This document shows positions 16,169 through 23,829 of a stretch of DNA of 41,694 bases, in pieces. This stretch comes from an uncultured Thermoplasmatales archaeon (GTDB taxonomy: Archaea > Thermoplasmatota > E2 > UBA202 > DSCA01). How positions within the stretch are numbered: position 1 is the first letter of the stretch; every line of letters starts with the position of its first letter. A program made the position numbers and the translations under genes. The notes beneath the pieces are model-generated. The model saw nothing but the letters and a program-made list of their open reading frames with translations, was not told where the DNA came from and ran no database searches. The stretch lies in the NCBI GenBank assembly GCA_964594625.1, contig CAZQNC010000001.1, forward strand, positions 1-41,694, in the 5' to 3' direction.

Positions 16169-16563
16169 GAGGCATTTCAGCGAAAACGACGAAGGGCGTC
16201 TGCACCGGCAGCCGCCTGGACTGCATCGACAACACCGGCGCCCGCGTCGTCGAGGTGGTGTCGGTCAAACACATCAAGACCACACGTCGCCAGCAGCCCT
16301 CCGCGGGCATCGGCGACAAAATCGTGGTGACCGTCAAAAAAGGCCGGCCGGAGATGAAACGGCAGCTGTTCGAGGCCATCGTGGTCAGGCAGCGCCGCCC
16401 ATATCATCGCGCGGACGGCATGAGCATCCAGTTCGAGGACAACGCCGCCGTTATCATCACCCCCGAGGGCGACATGAAGGGCTCCGCCATCAAGGGTCCC
16501 GTGGCCCGGGAGGCGGCGGAGCGATGGCCCCGTATCGCGGCAACAGCATCAATGATTGTATGA
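16165..16563 (+). CDS. rpl14: 50S ribosomal protein uL14
   Basis: L.C.DNTGAR....I.V; GD...V.VKKG.PEM......AIVVRQR; FEDNA.V...P.G...G..I.GPVARE. Confidence 0.95.
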   Translation: MRGISAKTTKGVCTGSRLDCIDNTGARVVEVVSVKHIKTTRRQQPSAGIGDKIVVTVKKGRPEMKRQLFEAIVVRQRRPYHRADGMSIQFEDNAAVIITPEGDMKGSAIKGPVAREAAERWPRIAATASMIV

Positions 16564-16567
16564 TACC

Positions 16568-17308
16568 ATGACATCGAAGCAGCCACGTAAACAGCGAAAA
16601 AGATATCACAACGCCCCGCTCCATCAGAAACGGAAGCGGCTTGCCTCACATCTGGCAGAGGACCTCATCGTCAAGTACAACAAGCGGAACATTTCCGTCG
16701 TGCGCGGCGACACCGTCAAGATCATCCGCGGCGATTTCAAGGGGCATGCGGACAAGGTACGCGACGTCTACCTGGACAACCAGACCGTGGAAATCGAGGG
16801 AGCCGTAACCTCCAAGGTCGACGGCAGCCAGGTTCCGCAGCCCATCCATTGCTCAAACGTCGTTATCACCAAGCTCAATCTCACCGACCCCTGGCGGCGA
16901 CGCAAGCTCGAGCGCGGTCTCTCCGAGGAAAAGAAAAAAGAAATAGAAAAAGAGGCCGAGCAGCAGATCATCGAGCAGCAGCGCATGGAGGAGGAGGCGG
17001 CCCGCGAGGCGGAACAGGCGGAGGAAGAAGCCGAGGCTGAAGCGGAAGCACCCGAGGAGGCGGCAGCCGAATCGGAGGAAGAAAAAGCCGAGCCAGCATC
17101 CGAGGAAGAACCTGGAGAAACAGAGCTGGAAGCCGAGGCGGCGGAGGAGCCGACTGCGGCGGAGGAAGCGGAAGCCGCACCGGAACCCGAGGAAGGCGAG
17201 ACAGATGAAGCAGCGGATGAAGCACCTGCGGAGCCTGCCGAAGAACCCGAGGAGGCAGAGGACGCCGAGGACAGCGAGCCGGCAGAGAAAGAAAAAGAGG
17301 AGAAATGA
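16568..17308 (+). CDS. rpl24: 50S ribosomal protein uL24 with a ~130-aa polyacidic (E/A/P-rich) C-terminal extension
   Basis: KQPRKQRK...NAPLH.KRK..ASHL...L..KY.KR...V..GD.VKI.RG.FKGH..KV..V (KOW). ATG 16568 chosen because the track start 16556 overlaps rpl14. Confidence 0.9.
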   Translation: MTSKQPRKQRKRYHNAPLHQKRKRLASHLAEDLIVKYNKRNISVVRGDTVKIIRGDFKGHADKVRDVYLDNQTVEIEGAVTSKVDGSQVPQPIHCSNVVITKLNLTDPWRRRKLERGLSEEKKKEIEKEAEQQIIEQQRMEEEAAREAEQAEEEAEAEAEAPEEAAAESEEEKAEPASEEEPGETELEAEAAEEPTAAEEAEAAPEPEEGETDEAADEAPAEPAEEPEEAEDAEDSEPAEKEKEEK

Positions 17309-17312
17309 TACA

Positions 17313-18017
17313 ATGTCACATATGAAACGTGTTACCGTTCCCAGGACGTGGCCCGTCGAACGGAAGACGCACAAGTGGTCGCTACATCCGTCGCTGGGCC
17401 CGCATCCCATCGAGCAGAGCATACCCCTCGCGTTTGTCCTGCGTGACTACCTGGGGTATGCCGACACCGCTGCGGAGGCCCGCCACATCATTGCCTCCCG
17501 CGAGGTCACGGTGGACGGCGTCGTACGGACAGACCCGCGGTTTCCCTGCGGACTGATGGACGTGATTTCGTTTCCCACGGTCAATGAGCAGTATAGAGTA
17601 CTCATCGACGCCAAGGGCACCATCCGGCTGGTGCCGATCAACGCCGACGATGCCACCTGGAAGCTGTGCAGGGTGCAGAACAAAACCACGATAAAAGGCG
17701 GCGCCGTCCAGCTCAACCTGCACGACGGGCGAAACTGCCCGGCCGAGCAGGAATACGGCACGGGCGACGTGGTCAAGCTGGCGGTCCCGGACCAGGAAAT
17801 CCTGGAGACGTTTCCGCTGGCTCCGGGCAGCATCGCTCTGGTTACCAACGGAAAACACGCCGGTGAAATCGCCACGGTAACCGCCGTGGAAACCACGAGG
17901 AGCTCCCGTCCCAACGTGGTCAAGCTGGAAGAGTTCTCCACCATCGAGCCCTACGTGTTCGTCATCGGCACCGAAAAAGCCCTGGTCACGCTTCCCGAGG
18001 TGAGCCTCTATGAATGA
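17313..18017 (+). CDS. rps4e: 30S ribosomal protein eS4
   Basis: HMKR...PR.WP..RK..KW...P.PGPH......PL..VLRD.LGYA....EA..I. ATG 17313 chosen because the track start 17205 lies within the rpl24 tail. Confidence 0.95.
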   Translation: MSHMKRVTVPRTWPVERKTHKWSLHPSLGPHPIEQSIPLAFVLRDYLGYADTAAEARHIIASREVTVDGVVRTDPRFPCGLMDVISFPTVNEQYRVLIDAKGTIRLVPINADDATWKLCRVQNKTTIKGGAVQLNLHDGRNCPAEQEYGTGDVVKLAVPDQEILETFPLAPGSIALVTNGKHAGEIATVTAVETTRSSRPNVVKLEEFSTIEPYVFVIGTEKALVTLPEVSLYE

Positions 18018-18516
18018 AATGAAGTCGCTCAAAATCGAAAAAATCACGGTTAACATCGGCGTCGGAGAAGGCGGCGAACGGCTGCGCAAGGCCCGGCAGG
18101 TGCTGGAAGACGTGGCCAAGCAGGACGCCATCCTCACCACGTCGAAAACCATCAACAAGGACTGGGACATCCGGAAGGACATGCCCATCGGCTGCAAGGT
18201 CACATTGCGGGGAGAAAAAGCGGAAGATTTTCTCAAGAGGGCGCTGCGGACCAGAAACAACAAGATAGCCGACTGGTCGTTTGACGAGCAGGGCAACGTC
18301 TCGTTCGGCATTCCCGACCACACCGACTTCCAGGAGATGAAATACGACCCAAACATCGGGGTGTTCGGCATGGACGTCTGCGTCACCATCGAACGGCCCG
18401 GGTTCCGGGTGAAAAAACGACGCGTCCAGCCCCGGAAGATACCGAAGCGCCACCGGATTACCCCCGAGGAGTCAATGGATTTTATGGAAGCAGTATTTGA
18501 CGTTGAGGTGGTCTAA
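18010..18516 (+). CDS. rpl5: 50S ribosomal protein uL5
   Basis: I.K...NIGVGE.GE.L..A..VLE; F.E..YDP.IG..GMDV.V...RPG.RV..R. Confidence 0.95.
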   Translation: MNEMKSLKIEKITVNIGVGEGGERLRKARQVLEDVAKQDAILTTSKTINKDWDIRKDMPIGCKVTLRGEKAEDFLKRALRTRNNKIADWSFDEQGNVSFGIPDHTDFQEMKYDPNIGVFGMDVCVTIERPGFRVKKRRVQPRKIPKRHRITPEESMDFMEAVFDVEVV

Positions 18517-18518
18517 AC

Positions 18519-18677
18519 ATGGTTAAGGTCAAGGAAAAAGAGAAGGAATACGGACGGCAGAAGGGCTGCATCCGCTGCGGACGAAAGCGGGGTATCATCA
18601 GGAGATATGGCCTGCGACTCTGCCGGCAGTGCTTCAGGGAGACGGCGGAGGAAATCGGGTTCAAGAAGTACGCATAA
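18519..18677 (+). CDS. rps14: 30S ribosomal protein uS14 (zinc-ribbon type, 52 aa)
   Basis: Not in the supplied track (under 60 aa). My translation is [52 protein letters not shown], with CxxC...CxxC and [12 protein letters not shown]. It lies 2 nt after the rpl5 stop. Confidence 0.9.
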   Translation: MVKVKEKEKEYGRQKGCIRCGRKRGIIRRYGLRLCRQCFRETAEEIGFKKYA

Positions 18678-18678
18678 C

Positions 18679-18684
18679 TTTTTT
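18679..18684 (+). terminator. oligo-T tract (T6) immediately after the rps14 stop; likely operon terminator
   Basis: TAACTTTTTTACC read directly. Archaeal termination commonly uses oligo-T. The next gene is not a ribosomal protein. Confidence 0.45.
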
Positions 18685-18724
18685 ACCGTAAACCTAAAAA
18701 GAGCATCCTGATACCCGTATAGCG

Positions 18725-20485
18725 ATGACCATGGAACCCGCCCACGAGTATACCAGGCAGCCCATCGTGCTGGTGTCAGGCCACGTTGACCACGGCAAAA
18801 CCACCTTGCTTGACCGCATCCGGGGCACCACGGTCACCCTGCGGGAGGCCGGCGCCATCACCCAGCACATCGGGGCCACCGAGGTTCCCATCGAGGTCAT
18901 CCAGGAGCTCTGCGGTACGCTGCTCAAAGGAGACCGGTTTGACATTCCCGGGCTGCTGTTCATCGATACACCCGGCCATCACGCGTTTACCACGCTGCGG
19001 GCCCGCGGCGGCGCGCTCGCCGACCTGGCCGTCGTCGTCGTGGACATCAACGACGGGCTGATGCCGCAGTCGCTCGAAGCAATCGACATTTTGAAGAAAT
19101 ACCGGACGCCGTTCATCGTGGCGGTCAACAAGATTGACACCATCCAGGGATGGCAGCGGACGGACGCCTGCATCGACGACCGTCTCGACCGGCAGATTTC
19201 CCGCACCCGGGAGATATTCGAAGAAAACTTTTATGAAATCGTGGAAGGGCTCTACGACCAGGGGTTTTCCTCCGACCGGTACGACCGCATCCGCAATTTC
19301 ACGAAAAACGTCGCCCTGGTGCCCATCTCGGCGGAGACCGGCGAAGGCGTCCCCGAGCTGCTCATGGTGATGGTCGGGCTGGCGCAACGCTACCTGGGCA
19401 ACAGCCTGCAGACCACGGAGCGCCCGGCTGAGGGAACCGTGCTGGAGGTCAAGGAGGAAAAAGGGTTGGGGACCACCATCGACATCATCATCCACAGCGG
19501 TGTCATCCGGGCTGACGACGGCATCGTCGTCGGCGGCAAACACGGCCCGGTGGTGACCTCCATCAGGGCGCTGTTGAAGCCCCGCCCGCTCGACGAAATA
19601 CGGGACCCCTCCGAGCGGTTTAGCCATGTCACGGAGGCCAAGGCGGCCACCGGCATCAAGATAGCGGCTCCCGACCTTGACGACGTGTTTGCCGGGGCGC
19701 CCCTGCGCGTGGCCGGTGCCGACGTGACGGCGGACATCGACGCCATCGAGGACGAGATGAAGATAGACATTTCCACGGAGGAGGAGGGCATCATCATCAA
19801 GGCCGATGCAATCGGCTCCCTGGAGGCCCTTGACACCCTGCTGAAGGATACCCGGCTCCGCAAGGCGGACGTGGGCAGCATCTCCAAGAAGGACGTGATG
19901 GAGGCGTCCACCAACGAGGAACCGCTCAACCGGGTCGTGCTGGGTTTCAACACCAAGGTGCTCCCCGAGGCACGGGAGGCCGTCCGCGACACCGACGTGC
20001 GTATCATCCAGAGCCAGGTCATCCATACCATCCTGGAGGAGCTGGAGCAATGGCGGGAGGAACGGAAACGCGCGCTCGAGGAGCAAAAACGGCAGGAAAT
20101 CGTGCATCCCGGCGAGCTGCTGTTTCTGCCGGACTGCACGTTCAGGGTGAGCAAGCCCGCCGTCATCGGGGTACGGGTGCTCGCCGGCGAGATACGCCCC
20201 ATGCAGCGGCTGATGCGCCAGGATGGCACCACGGTTGGCAAGATAAAAAGCATTCAGCAGGAGCAGCAGACCATCGACAGGGCCACGCAGGGCATGGAGG
20301 TCGCCCTCGCCATCGAGGGAGCCACCGTCGGCCGGCAGATCAAGCCCGAGCAAACGCTGTTCGTGGACATTCCCTCCGGGGCGGCGCAGCGGCTTGCCGA
20401 CATGGATCTGTCGCCGGAGGAGCAGGACGTCCTCGACAAGGTAACCAAGATAAAGCGGAAAGAGGACGCCTTCTGGGGCATCTAG
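18725..20485 (+). CDS. infB: translation initiation factor aIF5B (IF2 family GTPase)
   Basis: G1 GHVDHGKTTLLD, G3 IDTPGHHAF, G4 NKID. The 586-aa length and C-terminal domain pattern are typical of aIF5B. Confidence 0.95.
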   Translation: MTMEPAHEYTRQPIVLVSGHVDHGKTTLLDRIRGTTVTLREAGAITQHIGATEVPIEVIQELCGTLLKGDRFDIPGLLFIDTPGHHAFTTLRARGGALADLAVVVVDINDGLMPQSLEAIDILKKYRTPFIVAVNKIDTIQGWQRTDACIDDRLDRQISRTREIFEENFYEIVEGLYDQGFSSDRYDRIRNFTKNVALVPISAETGEGVPELLMVMVGLAQRYLGNSLQTTERPAEGTVLEVKEEKGLGTTIDIIIHSGVIRADDGIVVGGKHGPVVTSIRALLKPRPLDEIRDPSERFSHVTEAKAATGIKIAAPDLDDVFAGAPLRVAGADVTADIDAIEDEMKIDISTEEEGIIIKADAIGSLEALDTLLKDTRLRKADVGSISKKDVMEASTNEEPLNRVVLGFNTKVLPEAREAVRDTDVRIIQSQVIHTILEELEQWREERKRALEEQKRQEIVHPGELLFLPDCTFRVSKPAVIGVRVLAGEIRPMQRLMRQDGTTVGKIKSIQQEQQTIDRATQGMEVALAIEGATVGRQIKPEQTLFVDIPSGAAQRLADMDLSPEEQDVLDKVTKIKRKEDAFWGI

Positions 20486-20493
20486 CAGATATT

Positions 20494-20501
20494 TTTTTAT
20501 A
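20494..20501 (+). promoter_or_regulatory. T7 tract plus TATA-like TTTTTATA between infB and the C25 peptidase gene (possible terminator and promoter)
   Basis: ATATTTTTTTATACC, 9 nt after the infB stop and ending 34 nt upstream of ATG 20535. An SD-like GGTGAGG lies at 20523..20529. Confidence 0.4.
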
Positions 20502-20534
20502 CCGCCACCTGATAGTATACATGGTGAGGTAAAA

Positions 20535-22499
20535 ATGAGAGGCTTTGCTAAAACTGGAATCGCTGTAGCAGTAACCCTGCTGCTTCTTGGAAGCGGCGTC
20601 GCCGGGTTGACCGGGCAGCTGTCGCATATGGCAACCACGCGTGACGCGAACACGGCAACATCAGCAACGTTTTCGATACAGCCCTCGGCGCCGTACGTCG
20701 AGCAGACATCCGAAGCATATATCAGCGTGGCCCTGGCAGAGGCAGACGCAACCACCATGAATGAGGGAGAGCCGATGCTGCCGTACACGACGAAGACCAT
20801 GACGTTTCCATTGGGCACCCGCATACGAGACGTGCAGGTCACCATCGGCGACGTGACGACCCGTCAGCTCGACGGCGCCGTTGCCCCGGCTCCCCGGCCG
20901 CTGCCGCGCAACATGCAGCCGGTTGAGCCGGTGCAGCAGAAAGGCCCGGTCTACGACAGCAGCGAGCTGTACCCCTCCGACTGGGTCCGATGGCATACCG
21001 GTGCCGGATTGCACGACGGCGAACACGTTACCTTTCTCACGCTGCAGGCGTTTCCCGCCCGGTATGCACCGCAGGCCAACGTGCTGCACGCCGCTGACAG
21101 CATCGATGTCACGGTAACCTACGAGGAGCCATCCGCGGCGATGCTGACGGCCGACGAATACGACCTGGTCATCGTGGCGCCGGGCGAGTTTACCGGCCAA
21201 CTGCAGCCCCTGGTGCAGCACAAGGAGGACCACGGGCTGGCGACCAAGCTGGTGACGCTCTCCGAGATATATGAGGGCGAGTACTTCGAGGTGCAGGGCA
21301 GGGACGGCGCCGAAAAAATAAAGTATTTTATCCGGGACGCCCTTGAGGACTGGGGCATCACCTACGTGCTGCTGGTCGGCGGGAAAACGTCATATCTGAC
21401 GGGTAACTGGGGCTACGACGGACCGACGACGGTCAACGACGATCTCTGGCACGTGCCGGTCCGCTACGCGGCACTGGACGACATGTCTGAGAACGGATAT
21501 CTCAGCGACCTGTACTTTGCCGACATTTACAACGCCACCGGCGACTTTGCCACCTGGGACACCAACGAGGACGACATATTCGGCGGATGGGGCTTCGGCA
21601 TCGGCAAGGACGTCATCGACGGCTACCCCGACGTCTACGTGGGGCGGCTGGCCTGCCGAAGCGTCCGCGAGGTGGAGACCGTGGTCGACAAAATCATCAC
21701 CTATGAGACCTCGACGGCCGGCTCGGAATGGTTCAACCGGATGCTGCTGGTCGGCGGCGACACCTTCCCCGGCGACGACTACATCGACGGCGAGGTCACC
21801 ACCGAGCATCACTTCAGTTTTATGCCCGAAACGTTCGACGCCACGAAACTGTTCCTGACAGAGGGAACGCTCACCCTGGGCGGCGGCGACAGCAAGTACG
21901 CCGGCAAGTTCGCCTGGATAAACGTCATCCAGACCATGAGCAACGGCTACGGCTTCGTGGCCTTCGACGGCCACGGCAGCCCGACGGCCTGGGCAACCCA
22001 TTTCGCCGACCCCGACAACCACAACTGGATAAACGGCCTGATGACCTACAACATGGACCTGCTGAGCAACGGCGACAGGCTGCCCGTCCTGACGGTCGGC
22101 GGCTGCCACAACAGCGAGTTTAACATCAGCGTCATGGACTTCGTTGACAACCCGTGGATATATCAGCCCACATATGAATGCTGGAGCTGGCATCTGGTCA
22201 AAATGCGCGGCGGCGGCTCCATCGCGACGCTGGGCTACACCGGCCTCGGCTACGGCGCCACCGGCGACGGCGACCGGGACGGCATCCCCGACTGCATCGA
22301 ATACCGCGGCGGATTCATCGAAGGAAAATTCTACGAGGCATACGGGCAGGACGGCCAGGACATGCTCGGTGCCGCCTTCGCGTCATCCATCACCGAGTAC
22401 GCAAACGTCTTCCCGCCGATGGAAAACAACATCGACTGCAAAACAATCGAGGAATGGTCGCTGCTCGGCGACCCGTCCCTCAAAATCGGCGGTTACTAG
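20535..22499 (+). CDS. secreted peptidase C25 (gingipain-like cysteine peptidase) family protein
   Basis: Signal-like N-terminus MRGFAKTGIAVAVTLLLLGSGVAG. C25 hallmark block YDLVIVAPGEFTGQLQPLVQHKEDHGLATKLVTLSEIY...KIKYFIRDA....GITYVLLVGG. Candidate catalytic His in FVAFDGHGSP and Cys in LTVGGCHNSEF. Confidence 0.75.
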   Translation: MRGFAKTGIAVAVTLLLLGSGVAGLTGQLSHMATTRDANTATSATFSIQPSAPYVEQTSEAYISVALAEADATTMNEGEPMLPYTTKTMTFPLGTRIRDVQVTIGDVTTRQLDGAVAPAPRPLPRNMQPVEPVQQKGPVYDSSELYPSDWVRWHTGAGLHDGEHVTFLTLQAFPARYAPQANVLHAADSIDVTVTYEEPSAAMLTADEYDLVIVAPGEFTGQLQPLVQHKEDHGLATKLVTLSEIYEGEYFEVQGRDGAEKIKYFIRDALEDWGITYVLLVGGKTSYLTGNWGYDGPTTVNDDLWHVPVRYAALDDMSENGYLSDLYFADIYNATGDFATWDTNEDDIFGGWGFGIGKDVIDGYPDVYVGRLACRSVREVETVVDKIITYETSTAGSEWFNRMLLVGGDTFPGDDYIDGEVTTEHHFSFMPETFDATKLFLTEGTLTLGGGDSKYAGKFAWINVIQTMSNGYGFVAFDGHGSPTAWATHFADPDNHNWINGLMTYNMDLLSNGDRLPVLTVGGCHNSEFNISVMDFVDNPWIYQPTYECWSWHLVKMRGGGSIATLGYTGLGYGATGDGDRDGIPDCIEYRGGFIEGKFYEAYGQDGQDMLGAAFASSITEYANVFPPMENNIDCKTIEEWSLLGDPSLKIGGY

Positions 22500-23091
22500 C
22501 CGCCATCTTCTCCCCTATTTTTTCTCTGCACTGCCGGCACAGCACCTCTGGCGGCAGCGTGGCATCCAGCGTGATGAAGCGGTCCTCCTTCCGGGCCAGC
22601 CGCAGGTAGTTTTCCTGCACGTCGGCGAGAAAACCGCTATCCTCAAAGGGAGACAGCGCCCGGTCGCTGATGCGGCTGAATGCCTCATCCGGGCTGAGCA
22701 CGAACAGAAACGTCAGGTCGGGCGTGACGCAGAACGGGCGATGCAGGGCACGGAGCCAGCACAGGGGGTCGTCGACGTGTTCAAGCCCCACGGCCTGATA
22801 GGCGATGGTGGAGTCCATGTACCGGTCGCAGAGCACCACCCTGTCTCCGGAAAGCCAGCTGCGAATCTGCTCCGTGTGCTCCACCCGGTCGGCCAGAAAC
22901 AGAAACGCGGTCGTAGCGGCAGCCCGCTCCCCGGCCACGGCTCGGTCGACCGCCTCGCCCAGCCACGTATCGGTGGGCTCCTTCGTCCACATCACCTCAT
23001 GCTGCTCCCCGAGCGCCCGTGCTACACGGCGAGAGGCCGTTGTCTTGCCCGAGCCGTCGATGCCCTCGAAGGTAAAAAACCAGCCGGCCAT
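22480..23091 (-). CDS. tmk: dTMP (thymidylate) kinase
   Basis: P-loop FFTFEGIDGSGKTT, TKEP, DRY.DS..AYQ. The 3' end overlaps the C25 gene 3' end by 20 nt (convergent). Confidence 0.9.
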   Translation of the reverse strand: MAGWFFTFEGIDGSGKTTASRRVARALGEQHEVMWTKEPTDTWLGEAVDRAVAGERAAATTAFLFLADRVEHTEQIRSWLSGDRVVLCDRYMDSTIAYQAVGLEHVDDPLCWLRALHRPFCVTPDLTFLFVLSPDEAFSRISDRALSPFEDSGFLADVQENYLRLARKEDRFITLDATLPPEVLCRQCREKIGEKMAASNRRF

Positions 23092-23130
23092 ACAGGTGAA
23101 TGACAGGTGGGATATTAAATATATGTGCCG

Positions 23131-23826
23131 TCAGCGGCGGCGCGCCCGCTTCAAAACGCCCATCAGGGTGTGATACTCCCATTTCGAGAGCATCGCCCGG
23201 CCGATAACCCGGCGGAACAGCACCGACGTCTTCTCCCGCTTGTGCTCCGGGTAATCGGTGGCCTCGAGCAGTCGATCGAACTGTTCATACAAGAGCTCTT
23301 TCTCCTTCCGGTCGGCCCGGCGCGTCGCCAGCGCTGCATCGCCATCCACGGTCAGCGCGCACAGGGTCACCGCGACGGCATGGGAGAGATTCATCGAAGG
23401 ATACGTGTCAGCGGTCGGGATATGTATCAATGCATCGCATCGTCGTATCTCCTCGTTGAGCAGACCGTAGTCCTCCCGCCCGAAGGCGATGCCCACCCGT
23501 CCTTCGAGCGAGGCAACACGGTCGGCGAACAGGGGCAGCGGAAGCGCCCTTCGGAGATGCCGTTTTTCGCTGGTCGTCTCAATGGCCGAGGTGCCCGCAA
23601 GATAGGCAACCTGCTCCACCGCTTCAGCAAACGTATCCACCACGCGGGCGTCGTCGAGCACCGACTGGGCGTGCACAGCCATCGTCCTGCACTCCTCGCA
23701 GCCAGGAGAAAACGACGGCGCCACGACAAATAGCTCACGTATGCCAAAGTTCAGCATCGCCCGGGCTGCCGTGCCCACGTTGCCAGGATATTTTGGCTCG
23801 ACGAGGATAACCGCAAACGAGGGCAT
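23131..23826 (-). CDS. SpoU/TrmH-family RNA 2'-O-methyltransferase (TrmJ-like)
   Basis: VILVEPKYPGNVGTAARAMLNFG; IAFGRED.GL; IP.....PS.NLSHAVAV. Confidence 0.85.
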   Translation of the reverse strand: MPSFAVILVEPKYPGNVGTAARAMLNFGIRELFVVAPSFSPGCEECRTMAVHAQSVLDDARVVDTFAEAVEQVAYLAGTSAIETTSEKRHLRRALPLPLFADRVASLEGRVGIAFGREDYGLLNEEIRRCDALIHIPTADTYPSMNLSHAVAVTLCALTVDGDAALATRRADRKEKELLYEQFDRLLEATDYPEHKREKTSVLFRRVIGRAMLSKWEYHTLMGVLKRARRR

Positions 23827-23829
23827 CGG

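Noticed and set aside
18776-20845. 689-aa ORF on the minus strand
   Set aside because: It is entirely antisense to infB, whose GTPase motifs are unambiguous. The composition is dominated by G/A/R/P/V/L/D/H with no motifs, which is the typical shadow ORF of high-GC DNA.
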